This document shows positions 50,339 through 58,123 of a stretch of 64,000 nt of DNA, piece after piece; positions within the stretch are counted from its first letter, which is position 1; each line of letters opens with the position of its first letter. Made by a program: the position numbers and the translations under genes. Source of the stretch: Nitrosovibrio sp. Nv4 (GTDB taxonomy: Bacteria > Pseudomonadota > Gammaproteobacteria > Burkholderiales > Nitrosomonadaceae); the NCBI GenBank assembly GCA_945860135.1, contig CAMAPK010000005.1, forward strand, positions 2,118 to 66,117, written 5' to 3'. The notes under the pieces are model-generated. The model was not told the DNA's origin and did not search any database. It saw only the letters and a list, made by a program, of their open reading frames with translations.

Positions 50339-50723
50339 ATGAGTATTGAAAACCGGGAATTTTCGCGTCATTACGCGCGCTGGCGGATCGCCATCGTTTT
50401 CGATGAGTCAGAAAGCAAGCCGACCATCCATGGCCATACGCATGACGTGTCGCTCAGGGGCGCCTCCGTATACACCGAACATAATGTGGTTTCCAACACG
50501 CCGGTCACGGTTCTGCTGTCCCCCCCCATTGGCGCATGAGGGGGAGCGGCAGAAAATAATCGAAATCAGAACGCAACTAGCTTATTCGGTATATGCAGGC
50601 AGCAATTATTGCTTCCGCATCGGTCTGAATTTCATCAAATTCAAGAATGATGGTCTGCGAGTTCTCAAGGACAAGCTTGATAACCAGATTCTCTTGAGTT
50701 CGATAGGGGTAAAACCTGCGTGA
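50339..50723 (+). pseudogene. single-domain PilZ protein, paralog 2, split by a +1 frameshift in a C8 tract (50520-50527)
   Basis: ORF 50339..50539 carries REFSR and DVSLRGAS and ends ...LLSPPIGA*. ORF 50346..50723 continues ...PPLAHEGERQKIIEIRTQLAYSVYAGSNYCFRIGLNFIKFKND... Removing one C restores a 127-aa protein colinear with paralogs 1 and 3. Confidence 0.7.
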
Positions 50724-50810
50724 GCGGCCACCTGCTTCGTGCTTCGGAGCGTTATGAGAAATTGTACCTAAGGCCCAATCAGGTTCCTGCTGCATATTCT
50801 GTCCTCCCAA

Positions 50811-50867
50811 ATTCCTACAGAAGAATCGGCGGATTCCTACATCGAAATGTCGCGGCTATCCAGCACA
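50811..50867 (+). promoter_or_regulatory. direct-repeat box, copy C, 93 nt upstream of PilZ paralog 3
   Basis: ATTCCTACAGAAGAATCGGCGGATTCCTACATCGAAATGTCGCGGCTATCCAGCACA. One extra nt before the third element. Confidence 0.6.
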
Positions 50868-50960
50868 ATTGCTTACATCCCAAGCTCCCAAGTCAAAGCT
50901 GCAACCGGGGATGGGAATGGGGCGGTTAAATCATAAAATCAACCTAGCTCGAGACTAAAT

Positions 50961-51374
50961 ATGGCCATAGAAGATAAACGAGCGGCTCCACGCTATCGTG
51001 CGCACTGGAAAATCTCTATCATTTTCGATGCGACGGAGAAAAAGCCCATCATTCATAGTTATACCAATGACCTGTCGCTCAGCGGCACGGCAGTAAACAC
51101 CGACCTTAACGTAGCCTCCACAAAACCGGTCACGGTCCTGCTATTCCCGCCATTGAAGTATGGAGAGGATAAGCAGAAAACAATCGAAATCAGATCGAAT
51201 CTGGTCTATACAATATATTCAGGTAGTGATTCTTGCTTCCGCATCGGTCTGCATTTCATCAGCTTCAAGGACAATGGCCTGAAATTCCTCAAGGATATAC
51301 TCGATCGCCAGTTTTCTGTGGGTTCGAGAGATGAAAAACTTCCGGGAATGCCGGCAGGCGGGGTTTTTGGCTGA
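50961..51374 (+). CDS. single-domain PilZ protein, paralog 3
   Basis: 137 aa. RAAPR (RxxxR), DLSLSGTA (DxSxxG). C-terminal half (CFRIGLHFISFKDNGLKFLKDILD) is colinear with paralogs 1 and 2. Confidence 0.7.
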   Translation: MAIEDKRAAPRYRAHWKISIIFDATEKKPIIHSYTNDLSLSGTAVNTDLNVASTKPVTVLLFPPLKYGEDKQKTIEIRSNLVYTIYSGSDSCFRIGLHFISFKDNGLKFLKDILDRQFSVGSRDEKLPGMPAGGVFG

Positions 51375-51494
51375 AAGACTCTTGGGCCGCATTCTGCGTT
51401 TTCACTAGTTTTACAGTGATTCAGCGTCCCGCCACAGCCCAACAGCCCATCTATTGAGAGAGGGTATCTGTGAGCGTATCGCAAGGAGCGCTTA

Positions 51495-54236
51495 ATGCAA
51501 CATGCCAATCCTCGCTACCTTCCTTCATTTTCTTGTGGTCACACGCAATCCGGCCAGATCATTCTGCGCGACGGAACAACAGCGGCGATTCGTCCCTCCG
51601 TACCAACAGACCAAACCGCCTTGCAGAATTTCATGGAGCGGCTTGCACCCGAATCCAGGAGGCATCGCTTTTTTTCCGCAACTTCGCCGACTGGCGAAAT
51701 TGTCGCATCGCTGTGCGATTCGACAGACCCCTGCACCCGCCTGACCCTGGTAGTAACCCGTGTCTGGGATGGGGCGCTGCGGATTATCGCGGCAGGCTCG
51801 TATTTGGCGCGAGATGAACGCACAGCCGAGGTCGCCATGGCGGTGGACGATGCCTTCCATGGGAAAGGGCTGGGTACGCTCCTGCTTGAGCGGTTGGCGA
51901 TGTCGGCCATCCAGCACGGCTTTGTCCGCTTGTGGGCGGTCACACACACGGATAATCTGGCGATGCGTGAAGTCTTTCGGGAATCCGGCTTCGACATGCA
52001 GGAAAGCTGCGAAGGCGGAGAGGTCGAAGTCGAGCTGTCTCTGATCCCCACAGAAACCACCCTGGCCCATTCTGAGTTGCGGGACCGCATTGCCACTACC
52101 GCTTCGCTGCATCCATTCTTTCACCCGCGGGCAGTAGCGGTCATCGGTGCCTCGCGCGATCCGCGCAGTATCGGTTACCGATTGGTCGAGGCCTTGACCG
52201 GCAATCGCTTTCATGGCGCCACTTACCCGGTGAATCCACGGGCGACGGAGATTGCCGGCCTGCAGGCGTATCCGTCGCTCGCAGCCGTACCCGGCAGCGT
52301 CGATCTGGCCATCATTGCCGTGCCGCGCGATCTGGTCCTGACTGTGGTCGACGAGTGCGCGGCCAAGGGAGTGCGGGCCATAGTCGTGATTACTGCCGGG
52401 TTTGCCGAGACTGGTGAGCAAGGCAAGCAACTGCAGGATCGTCTGGTCGAGAAAGTACGCCAGCAAGGCATGCGCATGATCGGCCCGAATTGTTTCGGTC
52501 TACTGAATACCGATCCGGCGGTCTGTCTCAATGCAACCTTCACCACTACGTTTCCGCCGCCGGGGCGGGTCGCGATGTCATCCCAGAGCGGCGCACTGGG
52601 AATAGCCATTCTTGCTGCGGCGCAGCGGCTGCAACTGGGGATCTCGTCTTTTGTCAGCGTCGGTAACAAGGGCGATGTGTCCGGCAACGACCTTTTGCAA
52701 TACTGGGAAGAGGACCCCGCAACCCATGTCATCCTGCTGTATCTGGAATCATTCGGCAACCCGCGCCGCTTTGCGCGCATTGCGAGACGAGTGAGCCAGC
52801 GTAAGCCTATCATTGCGGTGAAAGCAGGCCGGAGCCAGTCTGGATGCCGTGCCGCCGGTTCCCACACTGCTGCGCTGGCGGCAAGCGACGTGGGAGTGGA
52901 AGCATTGTTCCACCAGACCGGAGTGATACGCGCCGAGACATTGGAAGAGATGTTCGCGCTGGCGGCGGGCTTGTCGGCCCAGCCACTGCCGGCAGGCCGA
53001 CGGGTCGGGATCATCACCAACGCAGGCGGGCCGGCGATACTCTGTACCGATGCGTGCGAGGCCAGCGGCTTGACGGTGCCAGAGCTGTCAGCCTCGACCA
53101 GGGCCGCACTCGCCGCATTTCTGCCGTCCGCCGCTGCGCTCAACAATCCGGTGGATCTGATCGCCTCTGCCACCCCGGAACAGTACGCCCATGCAATCGA
53201 AGCCGTGTTGAAAGCAGATGAGGTCGATGCGCTGATCATATTGTACGTCTCGCTGATGGCTGCTGACGTGTCCCCGATCGCAGACGGCATTCTGGCAGGA
53301 CTCGCCGCCGCACAGGAAGCAGACATGCCGAAGAAACCGGTGTTCATCTGCTGGATGGCGGAAGGGGACCCGAATCGCTCCTTTACCTTGTCGGGCGAAA
53401 CGATCCCCGTTTATCGCATGCCGGAAGTTCCGGCGCGGGTGCTGGGCAAGGCTGCTAGCTATACCGAATGGAGAGCGCGGCCGTGCGGCGCGATCCCGGA
53501 TTTTGCCGACATGGATCTGCCGCTGGCGCGCGAAATTTGTGACAAAGCCCTCGCGCAGCGCGGCAGCGGCTGGCTGACCACGCAAGAGACCAGTGCGCTG
53601 CTGACGGCAGCCCGGTTGCCGCTGCTGCCGGGGGACATCGCCACGACCGCCGATGCCGCAGTTGCTCTGGCACGAACCATCGGTTTTCCGGTTGCAGTAA
53701 AACTGGCCTCGCATACTCTCGTGCACAAAACCGAGATCGGCGGAGTCCATCTGAATCTGGCTGACGAGACCGCCGTGCGGGAAGCATTCGAGGCAATTCG
53801 CGCGCGGCTGGCGCAGGATCATAACCTGGCTGCGATGGAAGGGGTGTTGGTGCAGCCGATGATGCCGGACGGCGTCGAATTGATGATCGGGGTCACGCAC
53901 AACTCGCTGTTCGGTCCGCTGATTGCGTTCGGCCTGGGCGGCATCCATGTGGAAATCCTCGGTGACGTGTGCTTTCGCATCACTCCTCTCAGCGACTGCA
54001 ATGCTGCCGAAATGGTGCGCGAGATCAAAGGCTACCGGTTGCTTACCGGTTACCGCGGTCACCCGCCGGCGGATGTGGCGGCAATTGAACAGGTACTGTT
54101 GCGTATCTCGCGTCTGGTGGAAGAAATTCCCGCGATCAGGGAGCTCGATCTAAACCCGGTTCTGGCCCTGCCGCCTGGTCAGGGCTGCCGCATCGTGGAC
54201 GCGAGGATACGCATTGACGCGAACGTGCCGGGATGA
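51495..54236 (+). CDS. Pat-like fusion: N-terminal GNAT acetyltransferase + ADP-forming acyl-CoA synthetase (CoA-binding, ligase-CoA, ATP-grasp) domains
   Basis: 913 aa. N-terminus IRPSVPTDQTALQNFMERLAPESRRHRFF matches the Pat-type GNAT motif. It is followed by AVIGASRDPRSIGY (CoA-binding), ITAGF, MIGPNCFG, SQSGAL and a C-terminal ATP-grasp (GFPVAVKL...HKTEIGGV). Confidence 0.8.
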   Translation: MQHANPRYLPSFSCGHTQSGQIILRDGTTAAIRPSVPTDQTALQNFMERLAPESRRHRFFSATSPTGEIVASLCDSTDPCTRLTLVVTRVWDGALRIIAAGSYLARDERTAEVAMAVDDAFHGKGLGTLLLERLAMSAIQHGFVRLWAVTHTDNLAMREVFRESGFDMQESCEGGEVEVELSLIPTETTLAHSELRDRIATTASLHPFFHPRAVAVIGASRDPRSIGYRLVEALTGNRFHGATYPVNPRATEIAGLQAYPSLAAVPGSVDLAIIAVPRDLVLTVVDECAAKGVRAIVVITAGFAETGEQGKQLQDRLVEKVRQQGMRMIGPNCFGLLNTDPAVCLNATFTTTFPPPGRVAMSSQSGALGIAILAAAQRLQLGISSFVSVGNKGDVSGNDLLQYWEEDPATHVILLYLESFGNPRRFARIARRVSQRKPIIAVKAGRSQSGCRAAGSHTAALAASDVGVEALFHQTGVIRAETLEEMFALAAGLSAQPLPAGRRVGIITNAGGPAILCTDACEASGLTVPELSASTRAALAAFLPSAAALNNPVDLIASATPEQYAHAIEAVLKADEVDALIILYVSLMAADVSPIADGILAGLAAAQEADMPKKPVFICWMAEGDPNRSFTLSGETIPVYRMPEVPARVLGKAASYTEWRARPCGAIPDFADMDLPLAREICDKALAQRGSGWLTTQETSALLTAARLPLLPGDIATTADAAVALARTIGFPVAVKLASHTLVHKTEIGGVHLNLADETAVREAFEAIRARLAQDHNLAAMEGVLVQPMMPDGVELMIGVTHNSLFGPLIAFGLGGIHVEILGDVCFRITPLSDCNAAEMVREIKGYRLLTGYRGHPPADVAAIEQVLLRISRLVEEIPAIRELDLNPVLALPPGQGCRIVDARIRIDANVPG

Positions 54237-54309
54237 GCAGTTCAGAAATATAGTAAAGATGTTCAAAGATGCCGGATTCTGCTAATTTGCAGTCCGGCAC
54301 ATTGATCCC

Positions 54310-55308
54310 TTGCGTAACCGCGTGACTTCTTCCAGACACCCCTTGCCATACCTGTTCCTCTTTCTGCTGCTTGCGGCAGGCAGCCTGTTTGCCGGATTGC
54401 TGTTCGGCAGCGTGAATCTCCCTATTTCGGGAGTTGCCCAGGCGCTGCTGTCACCGGCTGATGACACTAGCAGCCAGATTGTCTGGCAGTTGCGTCTGCC
54501 ACGCGTGCTGGCGGCGTTTGCCTGCGGTGGTCTGCTGGCGCTGGCGGGGGCGTTGTTGCAGGTGCTGCTGCGCAATCCGCTGGCCGATCCCTATATTCTC
54601 GGGGTGTCGGGGGGCGCAGCGGTGGGCGCGCTCACCGCTATGCTGCTGGGATGGGGGTTGGTATTGGTCAATCTGACATCGCTGGCAGGTGCGCTGGCCG
54701 CGATTGCCATTGTGTTTGGTTTGAGCTTTCGCAGTGGCGACTGGAATCTCTACCGGCTGTTGCTGACCGGAGTGGTGCTGTCCGCCGGTTGCGCTGCGCT
54801 GACCACCCTGATTCTGACCTTGGCGCCAGCCAGCGACGTGAAAGGCATGCTGTTCTGGTTGATGGGCGATATGTCGCGTGCGGTTGGCGGAGAAGGGTTG
54901 TCGTCTGCATGGGTGGCGCTGGTCATTGTGGCCGCCATCAGCATGATTTTTTCCGGTAGCCTCAATGTCCTCAGCCTCGGCCAGATGAAGGCGAAAACCC
55001 TTGGTGTGGCGGTGCTGCCACTGCAAGTAGGAATCTACTTCGGCGCCGCCTTGGCTACCGTGGCGGCGCTGATGCTGGCGGGTGTCATCGGCTTCGTTGG
55101 CTTGATTATCCCCCACGTCATCCGCTTGCTGGGGATCAACGACTATCGCTGGCTACTGCCCTTGGCCATGCTGCTGGGGGGCAGTTTCCTCACATTGGCG
55201 GATACGCTGGCGCGGACCCTGTGGGCACCCCAGCAATTGCCGGTGGGGGTGTTGACTGCGCTGCTGGGCGTGCCGCTGTTATTGTTGCTGCTGTCGAGAA
55301 AACGTTGA
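54310..55308 (+). CDS. FecCD-family ABC transporter permease (iron-siderophore/cobalamin type)
   Basis: 332 aa, ~9 TM helices. RLPRVLAAFACGGLLALAGALLQ..LRNPLADPYILGVSGGA and IGFVGLIIPH motifs. Start uncertain (TTG 54310 or GTG 54322). Confidence 0.85.
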   Translation: MRNRVTSSRHPLPYLFLFLLLAAGSLFAGLLFGSVNLPISGVAQALLSPADDTSSQIVWQLRLPRVLAAFACGGLLALAGALLQVLLRNPLADPYILGVSGGAAVGALTAMLLGWGLVLVNLTSLAGALAAIAIVFGLSFRSGDWNLYRLLLTGVVLSAGCAALTTLILTLAPASDVKGMLFWLMGDMSRAVGGEGLSSAWVALVIVAAISMIFSGSLNVLSLGQMKAKTLGVAVLPLQVGIYFGAALATVAALMLAGVIGFVGLIIPHVIRLLGINDYRWLLPLAMLLGGSFLTLADTLARTLWAPQQLPVGVLTALLGVPLLLLLLSRKR

Positions 55309-55518
55309 TCAAAAACCCGCAAGCGAACAGAGTGTAATTCTGACTGGTGAAATTCTGATCCTGGTAATCGTGAGGGGTAACCTGAACCACCTGAACCAAT
55401 AATGCGTCAGCAACGACACGATAGATCACTCGCCAGATAGAGCCTCATCGTGAAACCCTAGTAGGCGGGCCATAGCGACGTTTAGCGGAGTTAGTGATTC
55501 TCGCGGAGTAGCTTATCG

Positions 55519-55546
55519 ATAAATCGAGTCTGGCCCCATTTCTGCC
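55519..55546 (-). repeat. R-family repeat, copy R1 (degenerate)
   Basis: + strand text ATAAATCGAGTCTGGCCCCATTTCTGCC. Matches the central AAGTCGAGTCTGCCCCTATTTCTG part of R2. Confidence 0.4.
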
Positions 55547-55596
55547 ATTTCTGCTTATGGATGGGTTGGGCATCGTTAATCGAAAGACACGGCGTA

Positions 55597-55890
55597 CTAT
55601 TTCTGTTGCGCCCAGTAGCCAGGACGCCGCCTGTGATGTGCCACGGCGAGAATTCGAAGCTCTTCTGTGGTGACCTGATAAATGATGCTATATGGGAATC
55701 GGCGGAGGATATATCGTCGACGAGTGCTACGAAACATAGCGCCGAGCAGAGGGTTGTCCAGTACGAGATAGGCCGCTCGTTCAAACTCAGCCACAAACGC
55801 GAGACCAAGCTCGACATTCGCTTTCAGCGTATAAAACGCTGCCGCGTCGTGCAGTTCGGCGAGCGCCGGTGGAGTAACGACGAGTTTCAC
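55597..55890 (-). CDS. ParE/RelE-family type II toxin
   Basis: 97 aa. ...RYILRRFPYSIIYQVTTEELRILAVAHHRRRP..., the typical ParE-like C-terminal region. Overlaps its antitoxin by 4 nt. Confidence 0.8.
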   Translation of the reverse strand: MKLVVTPPALAELHDAAAFYTLKANVELGLAFVAEFERAAYLVLDNPLLGAMFRSTRRRYILRRFPYSIIYQVTTEELRILAVAHHRRRPGYWAQQK

Positions 55891-56111
55891 TTCAGTGCTG
55901 CACGAACCTGGGCCAGAGCGTCAGCAATCGGAATGACTTGTACCGCTCCACTTTCGATGTCAGCAATTCTGCGCTCGGTTTCGGCGGCCCACGCTTCCTC
56001 AATCTCGGTATCTTCGTCGAGACTAGCGAGCAATAGCTGGGCGAAAGCGGCACGCTCACCAGCAGTTAGTTTCAGGGCTTCGGCTTCGAGCAATTCGAGT
56101 TGATTTCCCAT
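55887..56111 (-). CDS. addiction-module antitoxin (TIGR02574-like)
   Basis: ORF 55887..56204 trimmed to ATG 56111 (MGNQLELLEAEALKLTAGERAAFAQLLLASLDED...EEAWAAETERRI...). Confidence 0.75.
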   Translation of the reverse strand: MGNQLELLEAEALKLTAGERAAFAQLLLASLDEDTEIEEAWAAETERRIADIESGAVQVIPIADALAQVRAALK

Positions 56112-56199
56112 GGCTAATGCCTCCGTAAAAATAATAAGAATTGTACCGCGAGTTTGGTGCCGAGTGATGAGGAGATGCCCAACGAATGAAATGGACTCT

Positions 56200-56242
56200 C
56201 CCACCCCGAATATATAAGTCGAGTCTGCCCCTATTTCTGTAG
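56200..56242 (-). repeat. R-family repeat, copy R2
   Basis: + strand text CCCACCCCGAATATATAAGTCGAGTCTGCCCCTATTTCTGTAG. Differs from R4 at about 7 positions over 43 nt. Confidence 0.6.
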
Positions 56243-56307
56243 ACCTTTCTGTACTGCTTGGTCAAAAACAAACTTCTATGCCGGATAGGCCGCGACCTCA
56301 TGAATGA

Positions 56308-56355
56308 CTAAAACGTGTTGCATGCGAGCTCCAATTGCGGGTTGCTGAGTTAGCG
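56308..56355 (-). repeat. possible degenerate attC-like site (E3)
   Basis: Minus strand reads CGCTAAC-TCAGCAACCCGCAATTGGAGCTCGCATGCAACAC-GTTTTAG starting 8 nt after the cupin stop. It shares the ...CAC|GTT end with E1/E2, but it is short and I could not draw a convincing hairpin. Confidence 0.25.
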
Positions 56356-56363
56356 CAAACTTT

Positions 56364-56843
56364 TTAATATGGCGAACCGTTTTTATGTGCAAATTGCCAT
56401 TTTCCATCGACGAGAAGTGCCTGCAAGTCGTCATCAGGGTACACGGCGGAATCTCCTGCGCTGCGGTCACCCACTTCAAGGTAACTTACTGCTTCACTTG
56501 TGCGATTAACCAACTGGTGCGCGTTTCCCGTGCCAGCCTTGAATCCCGCGCACATGCCAGGAGAGAGTTGCGTTTCCCCGGCATCGGTAAGCAGCATGGG
56601 ATGGCTGTGCAATATGTAGATGAACTCGTCCTGCTTGGAATGCGCGTGACGTAAAGCTGAACTGGCGCCAGGCAAAAGCCGGGTTAGATTTACCCCGAAG
56701 TTTGAAATGCCAAATAAATTGCCGAGTAGGCGCTTCTCTCGACCTTCCATACGTGAGACGAATGGTTCTGGATAGTTTGAGAGTTTCGTACGCGGCGCAA
56801 CTTGTGTTGCCACCACAGCGATGGGAACGTCTTGATCGTTCAT
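56364..56843 (-). CDS. cupin-domain protein
   Basis: 159 aa. G.N..RL.PG..S..RHAHSKQDEFIYIL...G...GF..G.GNAHQL.N, the two cupin motifs. Confidence 0.8.
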   Translation of the reverse strand: MNDQDVPIAVVATQVAPRTKLSNYPEPFVSRMEGREKRLLGNLFGISNFGVNLTRLLPGASSALRHAHSKQDEFIYILHSHPMLLTDAGETQLSPGMCAGFKAGTGNAHQLVNRTSEAVSYLEVGDRSAGDSAVYPDDDLQALLVDGKWQFAHKNGSPY

Positions 56844-57418
56844 AGTGATTCCTGGTGTACTGGGCGCACGTCAGGCGTGCCCCGCTTGGCCGTCATGTCA
56901 GGCCGCTTTTCCAGGACCTCGATTTTGAGATCATCATGTTTCGGAGTGCCAGCGCCTGCCAACAGCGAATAATCCATTACGGAGCCTGTTCGCCGATAGC
57001 CACGCCGCAGATAGAAGGAAATAAGTTCACTTCTTGAGGATACAACGACGAGAATGAATTTCTCGGCGCCGAAATTTTCGCTTGCGTACCACTCGGCATG
57101 GGTGAGCAACTGTTTTCCTATCCCCATCCCTTGAAGAATTGGATCAACTGCGAACAATCCAATATAGCTATTACTGGCGGCTTTTTCGATGTGAACACAA
57201 GCCGCAATCTCAGAGTCTTTGAGGCCAACAAGAATAATGGAATCCGGCTTTGACATTATTTCCGTAACTTGATTGATGTTTATTCTGTTTCCAGACACCA
57301 AATCGGATTCGTGCGTCCAGCCGGACGCACCTGGTTCTGGGCGATATGCCTTGTTGACGAGATTGGCTATTGCCTCGGCATCTGGCTTATTGGCTGCGCG
57401 GAATATATCAATGTTCAT
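56840..57418 (-). CDS. GNAT-family N-acetyltransferase
   Basis: ORF 56840..57481 trimmed to Met22 (MNIDIFRAANKPDAEAI). LFAVDPILQGMGIGKQLL acetyl-CoA motif A. The stop overlaps the cupin ATG by 4 nt. Confidence 0.8.
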   Translation of the reverse strand: MNIDIFRAANKPDAEAIANLVNKAYRPEPGASGWTHESDLVSGNRININQVTEIMSKPDSIILVGLKDSEIAACVHIEKAASNSYIGLFAVDPILQGMGIGKQLLTHAEWYASENFGAEKFILVVVSSRSELISFYLRRGYRRTGSVMDYSLLAGAGTPKHDDLKIEVLEKRPDMTAKRGTPDVRPVHQESL

Positions 57419-57431
57419 GTCTGGGGTCGAA

Positions 57432-57479
57432 GCCGAACGAGGTTGTATATGTAAGCCGTGTCTGACCTTATTTCTGCTC
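57432..57479 (-). repeat. R-family repeat, copy R3 (carries a GTTCGGC core on the minus strand)
   Basis: + strand text GCCGAACGAGGTTGTATATGTAAGCCGTGTCTGACCTTATTTCTGCTC. The heptamer GCCGAAC is identical to the one at the attI-like junction (58916-58922) and lies a similar distance upstream of a start codon. Confidence 0.5.
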
Positions 57480-57547
57480 ATAACGTGGAGCTAAGGGGCT
57501 GTGCGCTTTTGCGCAGTCCCGCTTGTGAGCGTGGGGTCAGGTTCTGG
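57478..57547 (-). repeat. attC-like imperfect palindrome E1
   Basis: Minus strand: CCAGAAC-CTGACCCCACGCTCACAAGC-GGGACTGCGC-AAAA-GCGCACAGCCCC-TTAGCTCCAC-GTTATGA. It starts inside the toxin stop region, has a central bulged hairpin and xxxxAAC / GTTxxxx ends. Confidence 0.5.
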
Positions 57548-57833
57548 CCAGCCAAATGGCGGGGTCTCTGCTGCCATGGAATACTGCCAAGACAACGATG
57601 CGATGTTTCTCTGCGCGGAAATAAACGCTGTATGGAAAACGATTAGCGACGACACGCCGAATGTCTTCACGAACAACGGCAAACTGGAGGGGGTGTTCAG
57701 ATGCCAGCGATACGCAACGGTCAATCTCGGCCATAAACTCAATAGCAAGACCAACTCGCTTGGTCTCATACCACGCACTTGCTTCGATGAACTCTGCACT
57801 GGCGGCACGATGAAAAGTAACGGGCAGGCTCAT
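57537..57833 (-). CDS. ParE/RelE-family type II toxin
   Basis: 98 aa. ...IRRVVANRFPYSVYFRAEKHRIVVLAVFHGSRDP... Overlaps its antitoxin by 4 nt. Confidence 0.8.
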   Translation of the reverse strand: MSLPVTFHRAASAEFIEASAWYETKRVGLAIEFMAEIDRCVSLASEHPLQFAVVREDIRRVVANRFPYSVYFRAEKHRIVVLAVFHGSRDPAIWLART

Positions 57834-58057
57834 TGCCTGATTTTGGCAAGAGCAGCAGCCTTTACTTCACTCCATGGAACGACATCGTCAGGGTTGGCCA
57901 GATGGTCGGCGAGGCGGCGGTCAAGTTCCAATTTCTGCGCCTCTGTCAACGGCGGGACAGCGCCGCGACTGACGATACCGTCCCAGATGGCCTCAACCAG
58001 CTCGATCTGCTCGTCAATGTCGAGCACACTTGCTTGCTGCAAGAGTCGTGTGTTCAT
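57830..58057 (-). CDS. addiction-module antitoxin (TIGR02574-like)
   Basis: ORF 57830..58081 trimmed to ATG 58057 (MNTRLLQQASVLDIDEQIELVEAIWDGIV...LTEAQKLELDRRLADH). Confidence 0.75.
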   Translation of the reverse strand: MNTRLLQQASVLDIDEQIELVEAIWDGIVSRGAVPPLTEAQKLELDRRLADHLANPDDVVPWSEVKAAALAKIRQ

Positions 58058-58123
58058 GATCTGGACTCCATTTAAAACCAACGAAGTAATTCTAGCGCGC
58101 TTCGTACCCTATGTCGAACGTAT

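Noticed and set aside
54237-54309. Cobalamin riboswitch upstream of the FecCD/BtuC-like permease
   Set aside because: The intergenic space is only ~70 nt and contains just one 7-bp hairpin (TGCCGGA...TCCGGCA). No B12-box-like sequence is present.
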